Below, one piece after another: positions 50,001 through 58,893 of a stretch of DNA of 64,000 bases. A program made the translations under genes and the position numbers. The notes under the pieces were generated by a model that saw nothing but the letters and a program-made list of their open reading frames with translations, had not been told where the DNA came from and did no database searches. The DNA is from an uncultured Pirellulaceae bacterium (lineage in GTDB: Bacteria > Planctomycetota > Planctomycetia > Pirellulales > Pirellulaceae): NCBI GenBank assembly GCA_964577115.1, contig CAZNXJ010000002.1, forward strand, positions 252,285 through 316,284. Reading direction: 5' to 3'. How positions within the stretch are numbered: position 1 is the first letter of the stretch; every line of letters starts with the position of its first letter.

Positions 50001-52394
50001 GAGGATGCGATCGGCCGCGCTCATCAGCGCGCCGGCTCGCTTGTTCCGCGCCTCGATGAGCGCCAGCTTCCGAGCTTCGAATGCGCTATAGGTTTCCTCG
50101 CGCTTTTCCGCTAGCTGCACGACGAACTCGTCGAACTCGGCGAAGCGTCCTTCGAGCTCCTCGATCTGGACCGCCAGCTTCGTCAAAAACTCGTCACAGC
50201 GTGGCGGCGAATCGCACATTTCGAGATAATTGACGACGGACTGGTTCAGCAGCTTGAGCTGTGCGTGGAATTCGGCCGCGCCTTCTGCCGACTGGAGCTC
50301 CTTCGTGCGGCTCTTGATTCGCGCCCGTGTATGGTTCAGTCGCGCGAACAGGGCGGAGATCGCGTCGATAATCGCCGTCCGCTGCGTCGCATCTTCGATT
50401 TTCAGATTGCTGACCACGTCGATCAGCATTTCCAGATCCGCGGCGCCGCGCGTAACGTCTTCGTCCAGCTTCTTGGCTTCGACCACGGTCGCGAGGCTAT
50501 CGATCTGTTCGGCCTGCTGGCTGATCCGCTGCTCGTAGGGATCGAGCGCCGTGGATTCCAAAAGGAACGCAACACAGCGGTGCGCCAGCCGGTCGGTATC
50601 TTCGGCGACGTGCTTTTCGAGCTTTTCAACGGTCGCCACGTCAACGTACCGGAGCTCGCGGAGACCAATCACTTCGCCCCGCAGGCGGCGCAGTTCGGTC
50701 AGCGACGAGACGAACTCATCGATTGACGCAAAGCGGCGGCGATGGACGGCCGCGATCGTCTCGGCGACCTGCTTCTGCATCGCCGCGGTTTGCTGCGCCG
50801 TATTGCGCCGCACGCGGACGACTTTTTCAAATTCCTCAACGGCCGCAGCCGCAGTATCGCGGATTTGCAGCAGCGGCTCGGCCAGGTTGAACGTTTCCTC
50901 CCGGCCGATCCAGAAATAGGCGTCGATGATTTCGCCGCACAGCTTCGCCAGGTCTACGTACAAATTGGAGTACGTATCGCCTTTGGCAAGCAACCCCAGG
51001 ACGGCGTTGCACTCGGCCATCCCGCGTACGATATCGCGGTTGCCGACTTTGTAGACGAGCGATTCCGTGTCGCTGACCGGTAGCGGCAAATCCTCCGAAA
51101 CGTAGGGCGTCCGCCAGATCTGTAAGGCATGGTGCTTTTGCGGTTCGTCCTGTCGCTTGAAACAGATCAGTTCACCGCCGTGCAGCAGCGTTGCGCCATG
51201 GCAGATTAGCGGCGAGCTGACCTGCTGCTCGATCATGTTGTACTCGAGCAGCACGACCTCGCCGGAAACGAGGTTTCGGAAAACGTAGAGAAAATCTTCG
51301 CCGTTCGGTGCGGCGATCCGGCGCTCGAACACGAGATCGTCGGGGACGTTTTCGAAGATTTTGCAGTCACCGGTCTGGAGGTAGAAGCCGTTCGGAAAGA
51401 TGAGCCCGTGATCGTCGGGCAGCAGGACGCACGCGTGCTCGACGGCATCCCACCGCCGCGCTTCCTGAGTTTTCTCGTTGTAGACGATGTGGCGGTATTC
51501 GTTTTCCTTGTACGGGCGAATGCGCAGCAGGATCAAGTTGCCAATGATCGCGTAGTAGATCTCGGCATCGTCCAGCGTCTGATCCTTCTCGCGGACTTCC
51601 TCGCTGTAGATACCCTCGCCGGTGTCCGTGTTGTTTTCGATCTTGATCGTCAAGTCGCCGCCGACCGTTTCGACGAATAAGCGATCTTCGATGGCGACGT
51701 GCGGATGAAGGCCGAAGTGATGCTGATCGCGCGTGGTGCGGATCCACTCGAACTCGTGTTGCGGAGGTAGGCGGACCTCGTGGTCGCTGCGGTTGTCGAT
51801 ATAGATCAGCTCGTCGCCCGCCACCTGCCACTTGAGCGCCTTGATGTCCCCGGTCGTACGGCCGACCTGAAACACCATGTACAGCAGCGCGCCATCGCGG
51901 AAGAAACGCAGGAAGGTGGCGTTTTTGTAATAGCGGTAGATCTCACTGAAGTCGCGTTGAAAGTTGCCGTCCTCGAGTATGTCCAAAGGCAGCTCGTGGA
52001 AGACATTATCGCGCAGCTCATAGATGCCAAACACGTCGGCCGGTTCGGTCGTGGCCTTGAGACCGAAGCGGACGTTGTATCCGAACAGGAAGCGCGTCTT
52101 CAGCGCGGCGACGTCGCGCGGCACGCAGTTGTGGACCGTCGTGATCCGTTCGGTCGCCAGCAAGGTCGATTCGATGGAACCGAAGACTTCGCGCCGCTTG
52201 TTGTTCAGCTTGTCGAGGCGCGTGCGCAGTTGATCGGCGTAGGACTTGAGCCGGGATTGAATGATTTCGTAGGAGCCGCCTTCCAGCTGCACCTGCCCGG
52301 AGGCCCCCGAGTCCGGCTCGGTTGCGGTCGTCGCCATCGTTGTGCTCTCGCTGCTGGATCCACAAAGGACCTGGATGACGCGCTGGGGCGTCAT
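47064..52394 (-). CDS. Giant (1776 aa) protein with a single MoxR-like AAA+ ATPase module and long coiled-coil regions; no recognised family
   Basis: Walker A LLLLVSPPGYGKTTLMEYLA (~48500), Walker B VMLYLDDIQH, and a sensor region VAVVMAGNPY...RFQIPDMLANRADIYNL resembling MoxR/AAA_5. The first ~1200 aa and the last ~300 aa are unassigned. An alternative start is 52337. Confidence 0.7.
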   Translation of the reverse strand: MTPQRVIQVLCGSSSESTTMATTATEPDSGASGQVQLEGGSYEIIQSRLKSYADQLRTRLDKLNNKRREVFGSIESTLLATERITTVHNCVPRDVAALKTRFLFGYNVRFGLKATTEPADVFGIYELRDNVFHELPLDILEDGNFQRDFSEIYRYYKNATFLRFFRDGALLYMVFQVGRTTGDIKALKWQVAGDELIYIDNRSDHEVRLPPQHEFEWIRTTRDQHHFGLHPHVAIEDRLFVETVGGDLTIKIENNTDTGEGIYSEEVREKDQTLDDAEIYYAIIGNLILLRIRPYKENEYRHIVYNEKTQEARRWDAVEHACVLLPDDHGLIFPNGFYLQTGDCKIFENVPDDLVFERRIAAPNGEDFLYVFRNLVSGEVVLLEYNMIEQQVSSPLICHGATLLHGGELICFKRQDEPQKHHALQIWRTPYVSEDLPLPVSDTESLVYKVGNRDIVRGMAECNAVLGLLAKGDTYSNLYVDLAKLCGEIIDAYFWIGREETFNLAEPLLQIRDTAAAAVEEFEKVVRVRRNTAQQTAAMQKQVAETIAAVHRRRFASIDEFVSSLTELRRLRGEVIGLRELRYVDVATVEKLEKHVAEDTDRLAHRCVAFLLESTALDPYEQRISQQAEQIDSLATVVEAKKLDEDVTRGAADLEMLIDVVSNLKIEDATQRTAIIDAISALFARLNHTRARIKSRTKELQSAEGAAEFHAQLKLLNQSVVNYLEMCDSPPRCDEFLTKLAVQIEELEGRFAEFDEFVVQLAEKREETYSAFEARKLALIEARNKRAGALMSAADRILKGMKSRIDTLQSVSEINGYFASDLMVEKVRDIIRQLTELEDSVKVDELQSRLKALREDGLRQLRDRQDLFVAGENTIQLGRHRFSVNTQPLDVTLIVRDNRMHIHLTGTNYFEPIDDPALDAARDLWSQELVSENSQVYRAEYLAYQLLQTIDTPEGPTLAAIMQMDEAQRLEWVRRFMGPRYQEGYLKGVHDVDASLLVHALAEVRSLAGLLRYHPAARAMAVAYWTYFCEPAEKSRLSALLRGHSAVVRYFPRPEQRDAYVAELAEALDDFAMRSGVFDRSHAREAAEYLYAECVRDVGFVVSRTAANLYDEFHAQLRTHQGTEAFQKSLHAVQQHPLTSLRLARDWANAFLAGRPTSDDEIYADEFAVLLLQGKLDAAKISDGELRRRLSPMAGDHPVVREHTYDLHYNTFCHKLSRYMADVVPRFTRLTARKRELIDEARERLRLADFQAKVLSSFVRNKLIDSVYLPLIGDNLAKQIGAAGDQKRAERMGLLLLVSPPGYGKTTLMEYLANRLGLVFVKINGPAIGHRVTSIDPSEATNAAAREELERLNLALEMGDNVMLYLDDIQHCHPELLQKFISLCDAQRRIEGVYRGRSRTYDLRGRRVAVVMAGNPYTESGERFQIPDMLANRADIYNLGEIIGDTQDVFELSYVENSMMSNPTLAQIVGRYPQDIHGLLKIATTGNQSDVELEGNYSPDEIADAVSVLKKLLRVRDVVLRVNRQYIRSAAQADEYRTEPPFKLQGSYRNMNRIAEKVVPMMNDDELTGLIVSNYENDAQTLTADTEANLLKFRQLMGIMTDEQQQRWDDICRAFRQNLKLRGVGSDDKAGLVIAQLGSVTEGLEMIRKAVIDATARLAQQDGDQQLTIARMDALAEQLGALRESIARPTALPGSDAPSETDGKAISKVVVQHKVPRSILEVVQRQFELMNAWLAPLQQSTERQTAEVTRLQQSVETCLASYQRLLAELEAARNRA

Positions 52395-52441
52395 CCAGGT
52401 CTTTACCGTGCTTTCCGCGTCATCCGTGGATTACGGAGGGG

Positions 52442-54508
52442 CTACGTGCGTTCGGAGCTGCCGGCTAGCCGACTTTTGCCCGCCGCATCGCGGCCTCCAA
52501 CGGCATCCTCGAAGCTTTGGTGCGACAATCCCGAGTTGTGCGCGAAGCCGAGCATCCGCTCGAGTTCGCTGCGCAGTTCGTCGGTCTTGGCGAGCCCCAG
52601 CATTTTGCCGATCAACGCGGCGATCGAAAGGTCGCGGACGTCGGACGAGTCGATCTTAAACTGCTCGATCAACGACTGGAGCTTGTCCCGGAAGTAGTCC
52701 GGATTGCCGTTGAAGAACGAGTTCTTGATGTCGGTCAACGTCTCGCTGTTGTGGATCAGCCGATCGACGGACTTGCCGTTCTGGATCGAGTTGATGATGC
52801 GATCGAAGAACGTGCTTTCGCCACCCACGATATCGATCCGGGCGTTCTTGAGGCCTTCCGAAACGATGATGCTCTGCGCCTCGGCGATCTCACGCTGCGC
52901 TTGAATGGCTGCGATCTGGATATCGCGATCCTTGTTCAACCGCAGCTTGAACTCTTCGTGTTCTTTGCCGACGCTGTCGAGCAGCTTCATGGCGTTGGCC
53001 TTCTGCTCGATGCCTTCGGCTTCGCTGAGGTACTTGATGCGCATCACGTTGGCCTCGGCCTGGCCCTGTTTCTCGATCGCTTCGGCCTTCGCGATCTGGA
53101 TCTGGGCTTCGGCCAGGCCCTCGGCGGCCGCTTCGGCTTGCTTGGCTTCGGCCAGCATCTTGGCGGCGTGCGTCTGCTTCTCCGCTGCCGCACGCTTCGC
53201 CTCGGCCTCGATGACGATCTGTTCGGCGATCAGTGCGGCCGCCGTCTTCGCCGCTTCGGCCGCCTTGATCTCGCGAATCAAAGCTTCCTGCGCCTGCATT
53301 TCGGCTTCGGTGATCTTCACGGCCTTGAGCCGATTTGCGCCGGCCAGTTCTTCCGTGTCGAGGATCTTTTGCTGTTCTTCGACAACGGATCGTTCGACCA
53401 TCACCCGCTCGCGGATCACTTCCTGCATCGAACGCTTCTCGACTTCGAGCGACTTGTCCTTGTCGATTTGCTTGAGGGCAACGAGCCGTTCGCGTTCGGT
53501 CGCTTCCAACTCGCGGTCCCGCGCCACGCGTTCCGTTTCGACCTGTTCCGTGCGTTCTTTATTTTTCTGAGCGACGACGATTTGCCGCAGCTTGTTCTCT
53601 TCGGCGATCTGCACGGCTTCTTCGGTCTGGATCCGAGCCGTCTCGGCCTTGAGCCGCTCTTCTTGTTGGACGCGGATGGCCTGAGCCTGCTCGCGCGCGG
53701 CGATCTCCGCGATTTCCCGGCGCTGTTTCTCTTCGGCCTCAATTTGCTGACGTTCGAGCGCGAGGATTGCTTCCCGCGCCTCGACGTCCTGCTTTGTAAT
53801 CGTTTTCTCTTTTTCCCGCGTGATGCTGTTCGCCAGGATGTGCTCGCGGGCCGTCAGATCGGTAATCTTCTTGATGCCTTCGGCATCAAGAATGTTGTTC
53901 GGGTTGAGTTTCTCGAGCGGCGTTTGCTCGAGGTAGTCGATCGCGCAGTCGTCCAGAACGTAACCGTTCAGGTCGGTACCAATGACCTTGAGAATCTCTT
54001 CCTTGAACCGGTCTCGCTCGTTGTACAGCTCGACGAAATCGAACCGTTTACCGACCGTTTTCAAGGCTTCGGAAAATTTCGCATCGAATAGTTCAACAAG
54101 CGCCTGCCGCTCGGACGCGCGGCGGCAGCCCAGCATTTGAGCGACTTGGAGGATGTCCTCGGTCGTGTTGTTTACGCGCACGAAAAACGCAACTTCGATG
54201 TCGGCGCGGATGTTGTCGCGGCAAATGAGTCCCGCTTCCCCTCGGCGCTGAATCTCGATCCGCTTGACTGAGAGGTCCATCTCCTCGACGCGGTGCAGGA
54301 TCGGGATGATAAACATGCCCGAGCCGCTCTTGGCACGCAGGGCTCCGCCGCCGGACACGACAAGCGCCGTTTCGGGGCCTACCTTGCGATAGAAGCGCGC
54401 CAGCAGCACGGCTAAACCGAGCAGCGCCAGAAAGATCGCTCCCACGACAATCGCCACATAAGGGACAATTGAGGGAGGGGACTGGGCAAATACGAGTGCG
54501 TAGGTCAT
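52442..54508 (-). CDS. SPFH/band-7 flotillin-like protein (FloT/YqiK family) with a long EA-rich coiled-coil
   Basis: N-terminal TM VAIVVGAIFLALLGLAVLLA, SPFH block, and a flotillin-type E/A/K/Q-rich heptad region (AEAKRAAAEKQTHAAKMLAEAKQAEAAAEGLAEAQIQIAKAEAIEKQGQAEA). The start was chosen at MTYALVF (54508), which overlaps the NfeD stop (ATGA). The upstream 129 codons of the listed ORF overlap the NfeD gene. Confidence 0.8.
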   Translation of the reverse strand: MTYALVFAQSPPSIVPYVAIVVGAIFLALLGLAVLLARFYRKVGPETALVVSGGGALRAKSGSGMFIIPILHRVEEMDLSVKRIEIQRRGEAGLICRDNIRADIEVAFFVRVNNTTEDILQVAQMLGCRRASERQALVELFDAKFSEALKTVGKRFDFVELYNERDRFKEEILKVIGTDLNGYVLDDCAIDYLEQTPLEKLNPNNILDAEGIKKITDLTAREHILANSITREKEKTITKQDVEAREAILALERQQIEAEEKQRREIAEIAAREQAQAIRVQQEERLKAETARIQTEEAVQIAEENKLRQIVVAQKNKERTEQVETERVARDRELEATERERLVALKQIDKDKSLEVEKRSMQEVIRERVMVERSVVEEQQKILDTEELAGANRLKAVKITEAEMQAQEALIREIKAAEAAKTAAALIAEQIVIEAEAKRAAAEKQTHAAKMLAEAKQAEAAAEGLAEAQIQIAKAEAIEKQGQAEANVMRIKYLSEAEGIEQKANAMKLLDSVGKEHEEFKLRLNKDRDIQIAAIQAQREIAEAQSIIVSEGLKNARIDIVGGESTFFDRIINSIQNGKSVDRLIHNSETLTDIKNSFFNGNPDYFRDKLQSLIEQFKIDSSDVRDLSIAALIGKMLGLAKTDELRSELERMLGFAHNSGLSHQSFEDAVGGRDAAGKSRLAGSSERT

Positions 54509-55155
54509 GCCTTCACCTCTTCTTCGACGTGGGGCTGTTGAACTTTTTCGACGTAATAAATGAGCGTGGCGGGGTCGTAGTCCACGATGCGAGCGCGATC
54601 GCCGCGCGTCAGCACGCCGCTGCGCGACCGGACGTGTAGCAGTAGCGGTGCGCCTTCCGTGGGGAGTTTGGCCTGCCCGTGCTGGTCGGTTACCTCGGAT
54701 GTCGAGATCGTACAGATCTCGCCAACCAGGTCCTTCGACCGGCGCAGCTCCGTGCGGTCGACCAGGCGGGTCATCGGTTGAGTGATCAGCTTGGTTGCCA
54801 GCAGCGCGACCGCTCCGTTGCGCAGCATCGTCTGTAGGGCAATCCAGTTGTCCTTGTTGGCCGCCGGTTCGTGCCAGAGAACCGACGTCAGCCACCAGGC
54901 GAGGGCAAATACCGTCATCCAGAGCATTAAGGGAATCGAGCCCAAATTTAGGAAGCGCAGGACGATCGCCCCGGACCCGGCAAACCAGCCGGAATGGGAT
55001 CCTGCATCTGCGTCCACATCGATCTCGAAAACGTCAAACATTTCGAGATCCAGTGCGCCGAGAATGACAAACGCCCAGTAGATGCTGACGAGGATCAGCA
55101 TCAGGGATGCGGGTAACGCCGGGCCCGAAAAGCAGGTATGCAGGATGTCGCTCAT
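54505..55155 (-). CDS. NfeD/YqiJ-like membrane protein (flotillin partner) with a C-terminal OB-fold
   Basis: TM segments LMLILVSIYWAFVILGAL and LMLWMTVFALAWWL, plus a C-terminal beta-barrel signature GEICTISTSEVTDQHGQAKL...GDRARIVDYD. Internal start at MSDIL; the listed ORF extends to 55323. Confidence 0.7.
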   Translation of the reverse strand: MSDILHTCFSGPALPASLMLILVSIYWAFVILGALDLEMFDVFEIDVDADAGSHSGWFAGSGAIVLRFLNLGSIPLMLWMTVFALAWWLTSVLWHEPAANKDNWIALQTMLRNGAVALLATKLITQPMTRLVDRTELRRSKDLVGEICTISTSEVTDQHGQAKLPTEGAPLLLHVRSRSGVLTRGDRARIVDYDPATLIYYVEKVQQPHVEEEVKA

Positions 55156-55723
55156 GCTGCGCGTCGATCTGTCATCCAAGGCCCCCCTATGGGGCTCGGA
55201 GCGTTTGGAAGGTGTCTCATTCACCAATGACACGGAAAGCTTGGCAACGTTGCGAGCCGTCAGCATGTGGCGTCTTGGCAACGTTAGGTTATCGCCGCCG
55301 CATTCCCCGCCGGAGTAGTGCAAAATTGCCCGGCGCGCGGCGCGCGCTGCGGCCGGCCTTAGCGATTGGCGCGATCGGGAGGCTCACGAGCGGTTCTGCT
55401 ACGGCGGCACGCAAGCTCCGTGGGTACCGGTTGGAACGTTCGCTATGGGATCAACTCCGTCGGCTCCGTCGAGCAACACAGCTCAACATAGCCGGTTCAG
55501 CGTGAAGGCGCTCGCCTGGCCTCCCGACGCGACGCCTCCGAGGTCAACTGTATCGGCAGAAAATCATCCAGCATTAGGCGCGCGGCACCATGAAATTCAA
55601 GAGATTTCTTGGGGGGCTCGACCATTTCTTATTTCGCCTCTCCCGGCGTGGCACAGCATCGCTACCCCACATCGCACCGAAATCGGCGCGATCGCCCACG
55701 AGGCATTCGGATGCTCCCGCGCA

Positions 55724-57871
55724 TCATTCGGCCCGGTCGAGATACTCGCGCGCCGCGCGGTGCCACGGAAGAAACGTCCAACTCGCGGCCGTCGCCCGCG
55801 AAATGCAGGCGGGATTGTCGATCTGATAGAACGCGTCGAGCGTGGCGTGGACCAGTGCGGGGGGAGCGGTCGGGTGCGTGACGAGAAACGCCGGGGTACG
55901 GACGGTCTCCCATCCCTCAGGCTCGCGAATCGCCTCGGGATAGACCGATTGCGAGAAATGGCAGCGCTCGAGCGTCGGGTCGTCCCAGTCGTCCATGGAT
56001 GGAAGCGAAACGAGCCGGAACCGGCCGGTTGCGAGGGCCTGAGTGACCGGTTCGCTGTGCAGCACGAGCGTCACGATCGCGGCGTCCGCCGCTTCGTCGG
56101 CCAAAAACTGGGACCAGGTGTAGTCGCGTACCGGGCTGTCCGTCGGCAACTCGAAATGCTTTGCCAACGCTTCCGCCGTTAAACGCATGCCCGAGCCGGG
56201 TTCGCCGAGGCAGATCCAGCGGCCACGCAGATCTTCGAGCTTCTCGATGGGGCGGTCGGCGCGAACGACGACGTGGACGACTTCATAGAACACCGGAGCA
56301 ATCACGGTGACCTCGTCACCGTGCATCGCTCCGGCCTGGAGGAGCCCGAGATGGTATTTGCGGGACGTTACGAGCTCGCTGTTTTCGATCGATCCCGAGG
56401 TGTGGCCAACAAGCACCTCGCGGCCAGTGGATTGGTACAGCGACTCGGCAAGTTCCTTTGCGAACCGATCGTACATGCCGCCTTCACGGCCGGCGGCAAT
56501 CCGGATGCGCGCGGGAAGTCGGTTCGGCGGACCCGCGGGTGAACGCATCCAGAGCCCCAAGGCTACGACGGCGCAAATCGCGGTGAGCACCAAGGCGGCT
56601 TGCGCGCGACGCTGGCCCACGGTTGGCAGGGCAGGGTGCCGGCCCACTAAGGCCGCCACGATGGGGATGCCCAACGTCCAGTAAACCAAGCGACGCACGC
56701 GTCCGATCGGCCGCGCCTGGATCGGCTCGCCGCGGAGGTAGCGGGCCAGGTCGTCGGCCAACTCTTCGGCCGTTGCGTACCGCTTCGCCGGATCCTTCTC
56801 CAAACATTTGAGGCAGATCGTTTCCAAATCCACGTCGGCCGAAGGATTCAGCTCGCGCGGCCGACGCGGCTCGTTGTGCACCACCGCGTAGATCGTGTCG
56901 AGCGCCGTTGATGCGCGAAACGGCGGTTGGCCTGTGAGCAGTACGTAGAGGATCGCGCCGAGTGAATACACATCGCTGGCGGGGCCGAGCTGATCCCATT
57001 GGCCTGTGGCCTGCTCGGGCGGCATGTAGCTCGGCGTCCCGATTGCGATGCCTGTACTGGTGAGCTCGAAATCGGCTTCCAGGTGCTTGGCGAGCCCGAA
57101 ATCCGTGACGCAGGGCCGGTCGCCGACGTCGATCAGGATGTTGGCCGGCTTCAAGTCACGGTGGAGAATGCCTTGGCGATGAGCGACGTCGACCGCGCGG
57201 GCGACGGTTTCGAGATACCGGGCCGCGCGGCGCGGCTCCATCGGTCCGTTCGCGCAGAGATCGGCGAGGTTCGGGCCTTCGATCAGGTCCATCGAAAAGA
57301 AGTGACGCCCGTCGATTTCGCCGACCTGATAGATCGTGACGATATTTGGATGGTCGACTTTTCCAGCCGCCTGCGCCTCGGCGTAAAACCGCTGGATGTC
57401 CTCGCGGCTCGCAAAGCGGCCCGCCAGGATCATCTTGACGGCGCAGATGCGATTGAGGCTGATTTGCCGGGCCTTGAAGACGACGCCCATGCCCCCGCGG
57501 CCGATGACTTCCAGCAGCTCGTAGTCCCCAAATCGCTCGCCCGAATGCGGTTCCGCGAGCCACGCCGTACCGCCGCTCGCCGTCCGTTCGCTCGGATGAT
57601 GCACGAGCGTTATTTGATCCGCCGGATTGGCCTGCATTTCCGCTGCCGCGGCGAGGGGCGGGCCGGCCATCGAGTCGATTAGGTCGGCCGTGTCGAGCAG
57701 CTGAGCCATCTCCTCACGCAGCGCCTCGGGACACTCGGCCAGGAACGCCTCGCGGTCCAGCGTTTCGCCGGCGTCCTTCCGCAGCAAGTACTCGGCCATC
57801 CAATGGTCAAGCTCGCTGCGCTTCGCGTTGCGGCCGGCCAACGGATCGAGTTGTTCGCGTCCAACGAGCAT
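55724..57871 (-). CDS. Transmembrane Ser/Thr protein kinase with a C-terminal periplasmic solute-binding (PhnD/SsuA-like) domain, downstream of an ECF sigma factor
   Basis: Kinase motifs GRGGMGVVFKA, HRDLKPANILID, DFGLAK, GTPSYMPPE. TM segment. The C-terminal ~270 aa resemble phosphonate/sulfonate periplasmic binding proteins. Confidence 0.8.
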   Translation of the reverse strand: MLVGREQLDPLAGRNAKRSELDHWMAEYLLRKDAGETLDREAFLAECPEALREEMAQLLDTADLIDSMAGPPLAAAAEMQANPADQITLVHHPSERTASGGTAWLAEPHSGERFGDYELLEVIGRGGMGVVFKARQISLNRICAVKMILAGRFASREDIQRFYAEAQAAGKVDHPNIVTIYQVGEIDGRHFFSMDLIEGPNLADLCANGPMEPRRAARYLETVARAVDVAHRQGILHRDLKPANILIDVGDRPCVTDFGLAKHLEADFELTSTGIAIGTPSYMPPEQATGQWDQLGPASDVYSLGAILYVLLTGQPPFRASTALDTIYAVVHNEPRRPRELNPSADVDLETICLKCLEKDPAKRYATAEELADDLARYLRGEPIQARPIGRVRRLVYWTLGIPIVAALVGRHPALPTVGQRRAQAALVLTAICAVVALGLWMRSPAGPPNRLPARIRIAAGREGGMYDRFAKELAESLYQSTGREVLVGHTSGSIENSELVTSRKYHLGLLQAGAMHGDEVTVIAPVFYEVVHVVVRADRPIEKLEDLRGRWICLGEPGSGMRLTAEALAKHFELPTDSPVRDYTWSQFLADEAADAAIVTLVLHSEPVTQALATGRFRLVSLPSMDDWDDPTLERCHFSQSVYPEAIREPEGWETVRTPAFLVTHPTAPPALVHATLDAFYQIDNPACISRATAASWTFLPWHRAAREYLDRAE

Positions 57872-58084
57872 GGAGGTAACCGAGAGCGATCAGGACGAGA
57901 GGAGTGGAACGGAGCTGTTCGAGCGAAGGGGCCTTTCACGTTATCGCGAGCCGCCGGAGGCCTTGGAGGTTCGGGCCGCTCGCCGACGGCCGCGTGCTAC
58001 CGCGCGCAGGCCGCCCCCTTAATCTAGGTTGCGCCATGCCGGCTATTCGCCGGGCCGCTCCTCTTTCTTGGCTCAAACCGGCAA

Positions 58085-58705
58085 CTAATCGGGCGCGCTC
58101 GAGTCTTCGTGAAATATTTCACGAAGACGCTGGAGGCCCCGTTTGATCAGCCCGGCGACGGCCAGTTCCGATCGTTTCATTTCTCCGGCAATTTCCCGCA
58201 GGGTATGGCCTTCGAGGTGCCGCAGGCGCACGGCTTCCTGCTGGTCGGGTGGGAGCTGGCCGATGGCCTGCGCCAACCGAATAGCCGCTTCGCCCCGCAT
58301 CGCCCGCTGGCTGGGGCTTGACCAATCGGCGGCGAGGTAGTTGGCCAGCGCCTGTCGATCGGGCCCGGTTTCATCGAGCGACCGTTCTTTGTTGGCGGAC
58401 CGTTTCTTGGCGATGACGTGCCGTTGGATGGTCTGGTAGACGTTATTTTGAAGAATCTTTCCGAGCCACGCGACGAGTTCGTCTTCGGACGAGCCGCGGA
58501 ATCCTCGCAGGTCGCGCTGGGCTTCGAGCAGCGTTTGCTGCACGAGGTCGGAGGCATCGACACGCGCGCGCAGCCGGCCGACGAGCCGGCGTTTGGCCAG
58601 CAGGTACAAGTAATCGCGGTACTCGTGGAGCAAACGCCCCATGGCTTCCGCGTCACCGGCCTGAGCGCGTCGCAGGAGGGATTCGTCGAACACAGCGCGT
58701 GACAC
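58085..58705 (-). CDS. ECF-type RNA polymerase sigma-70 factor
   Basis: Region 2 (LLHEYRDYLYLLAKRRL...DLVQQTLLEAQRDL) and region 4 HTH (QQEAVRLRHLEGHTLREIAGEMKRSELAVAGLIKRGLQRLRE). Confidence 0.85.
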   Translation of the reverse strand: MSRAVFDESLLRRAQAGDAEAMGRLLHEYRDYLYLLAKRRLVGRLRARVDASDLVQQTLLEAQRDLRGFRGSSEDELVAWLGKILQNNVYQTIQRHVIAKKRSANKERSLDETGPDRQALANYLAADWSSPSQRAMRGEAAIRLAQAIGQLPPDQQEAVRLRHLEGHTLREIAGEMKRSELAVAGLIKRGLQRLREIFHEDSSAPD

Positions 58706-58893
58706 TATTAATTAAAATGAACCTGGAAATTAGCCACCCTATCGCCGCTCGCCCGGGCCTTCATAAGCCCCCAGAGCGTCCGCTGCCCGGCACTCCCGGC
58801 ACCATGCCGCACTAGCCGCCTCGGGGCTGGAAAGGCTACATTGGCGGACCGACGGAGCTAAAAAACGCGGCATCAAGGGATGTTGGGAGTTCG

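Noticed and set aside
54508-54895. N-terminal 129 codons of the listed 817-aa flotillin ORF
   Set aside because: This segment overlaps the NfeD gene in another frame and is Arg/Pro-rich junk. The real flotillin start is the Met at 54508, which gives a TM helix directly and an ATGA coupling to NfeD.
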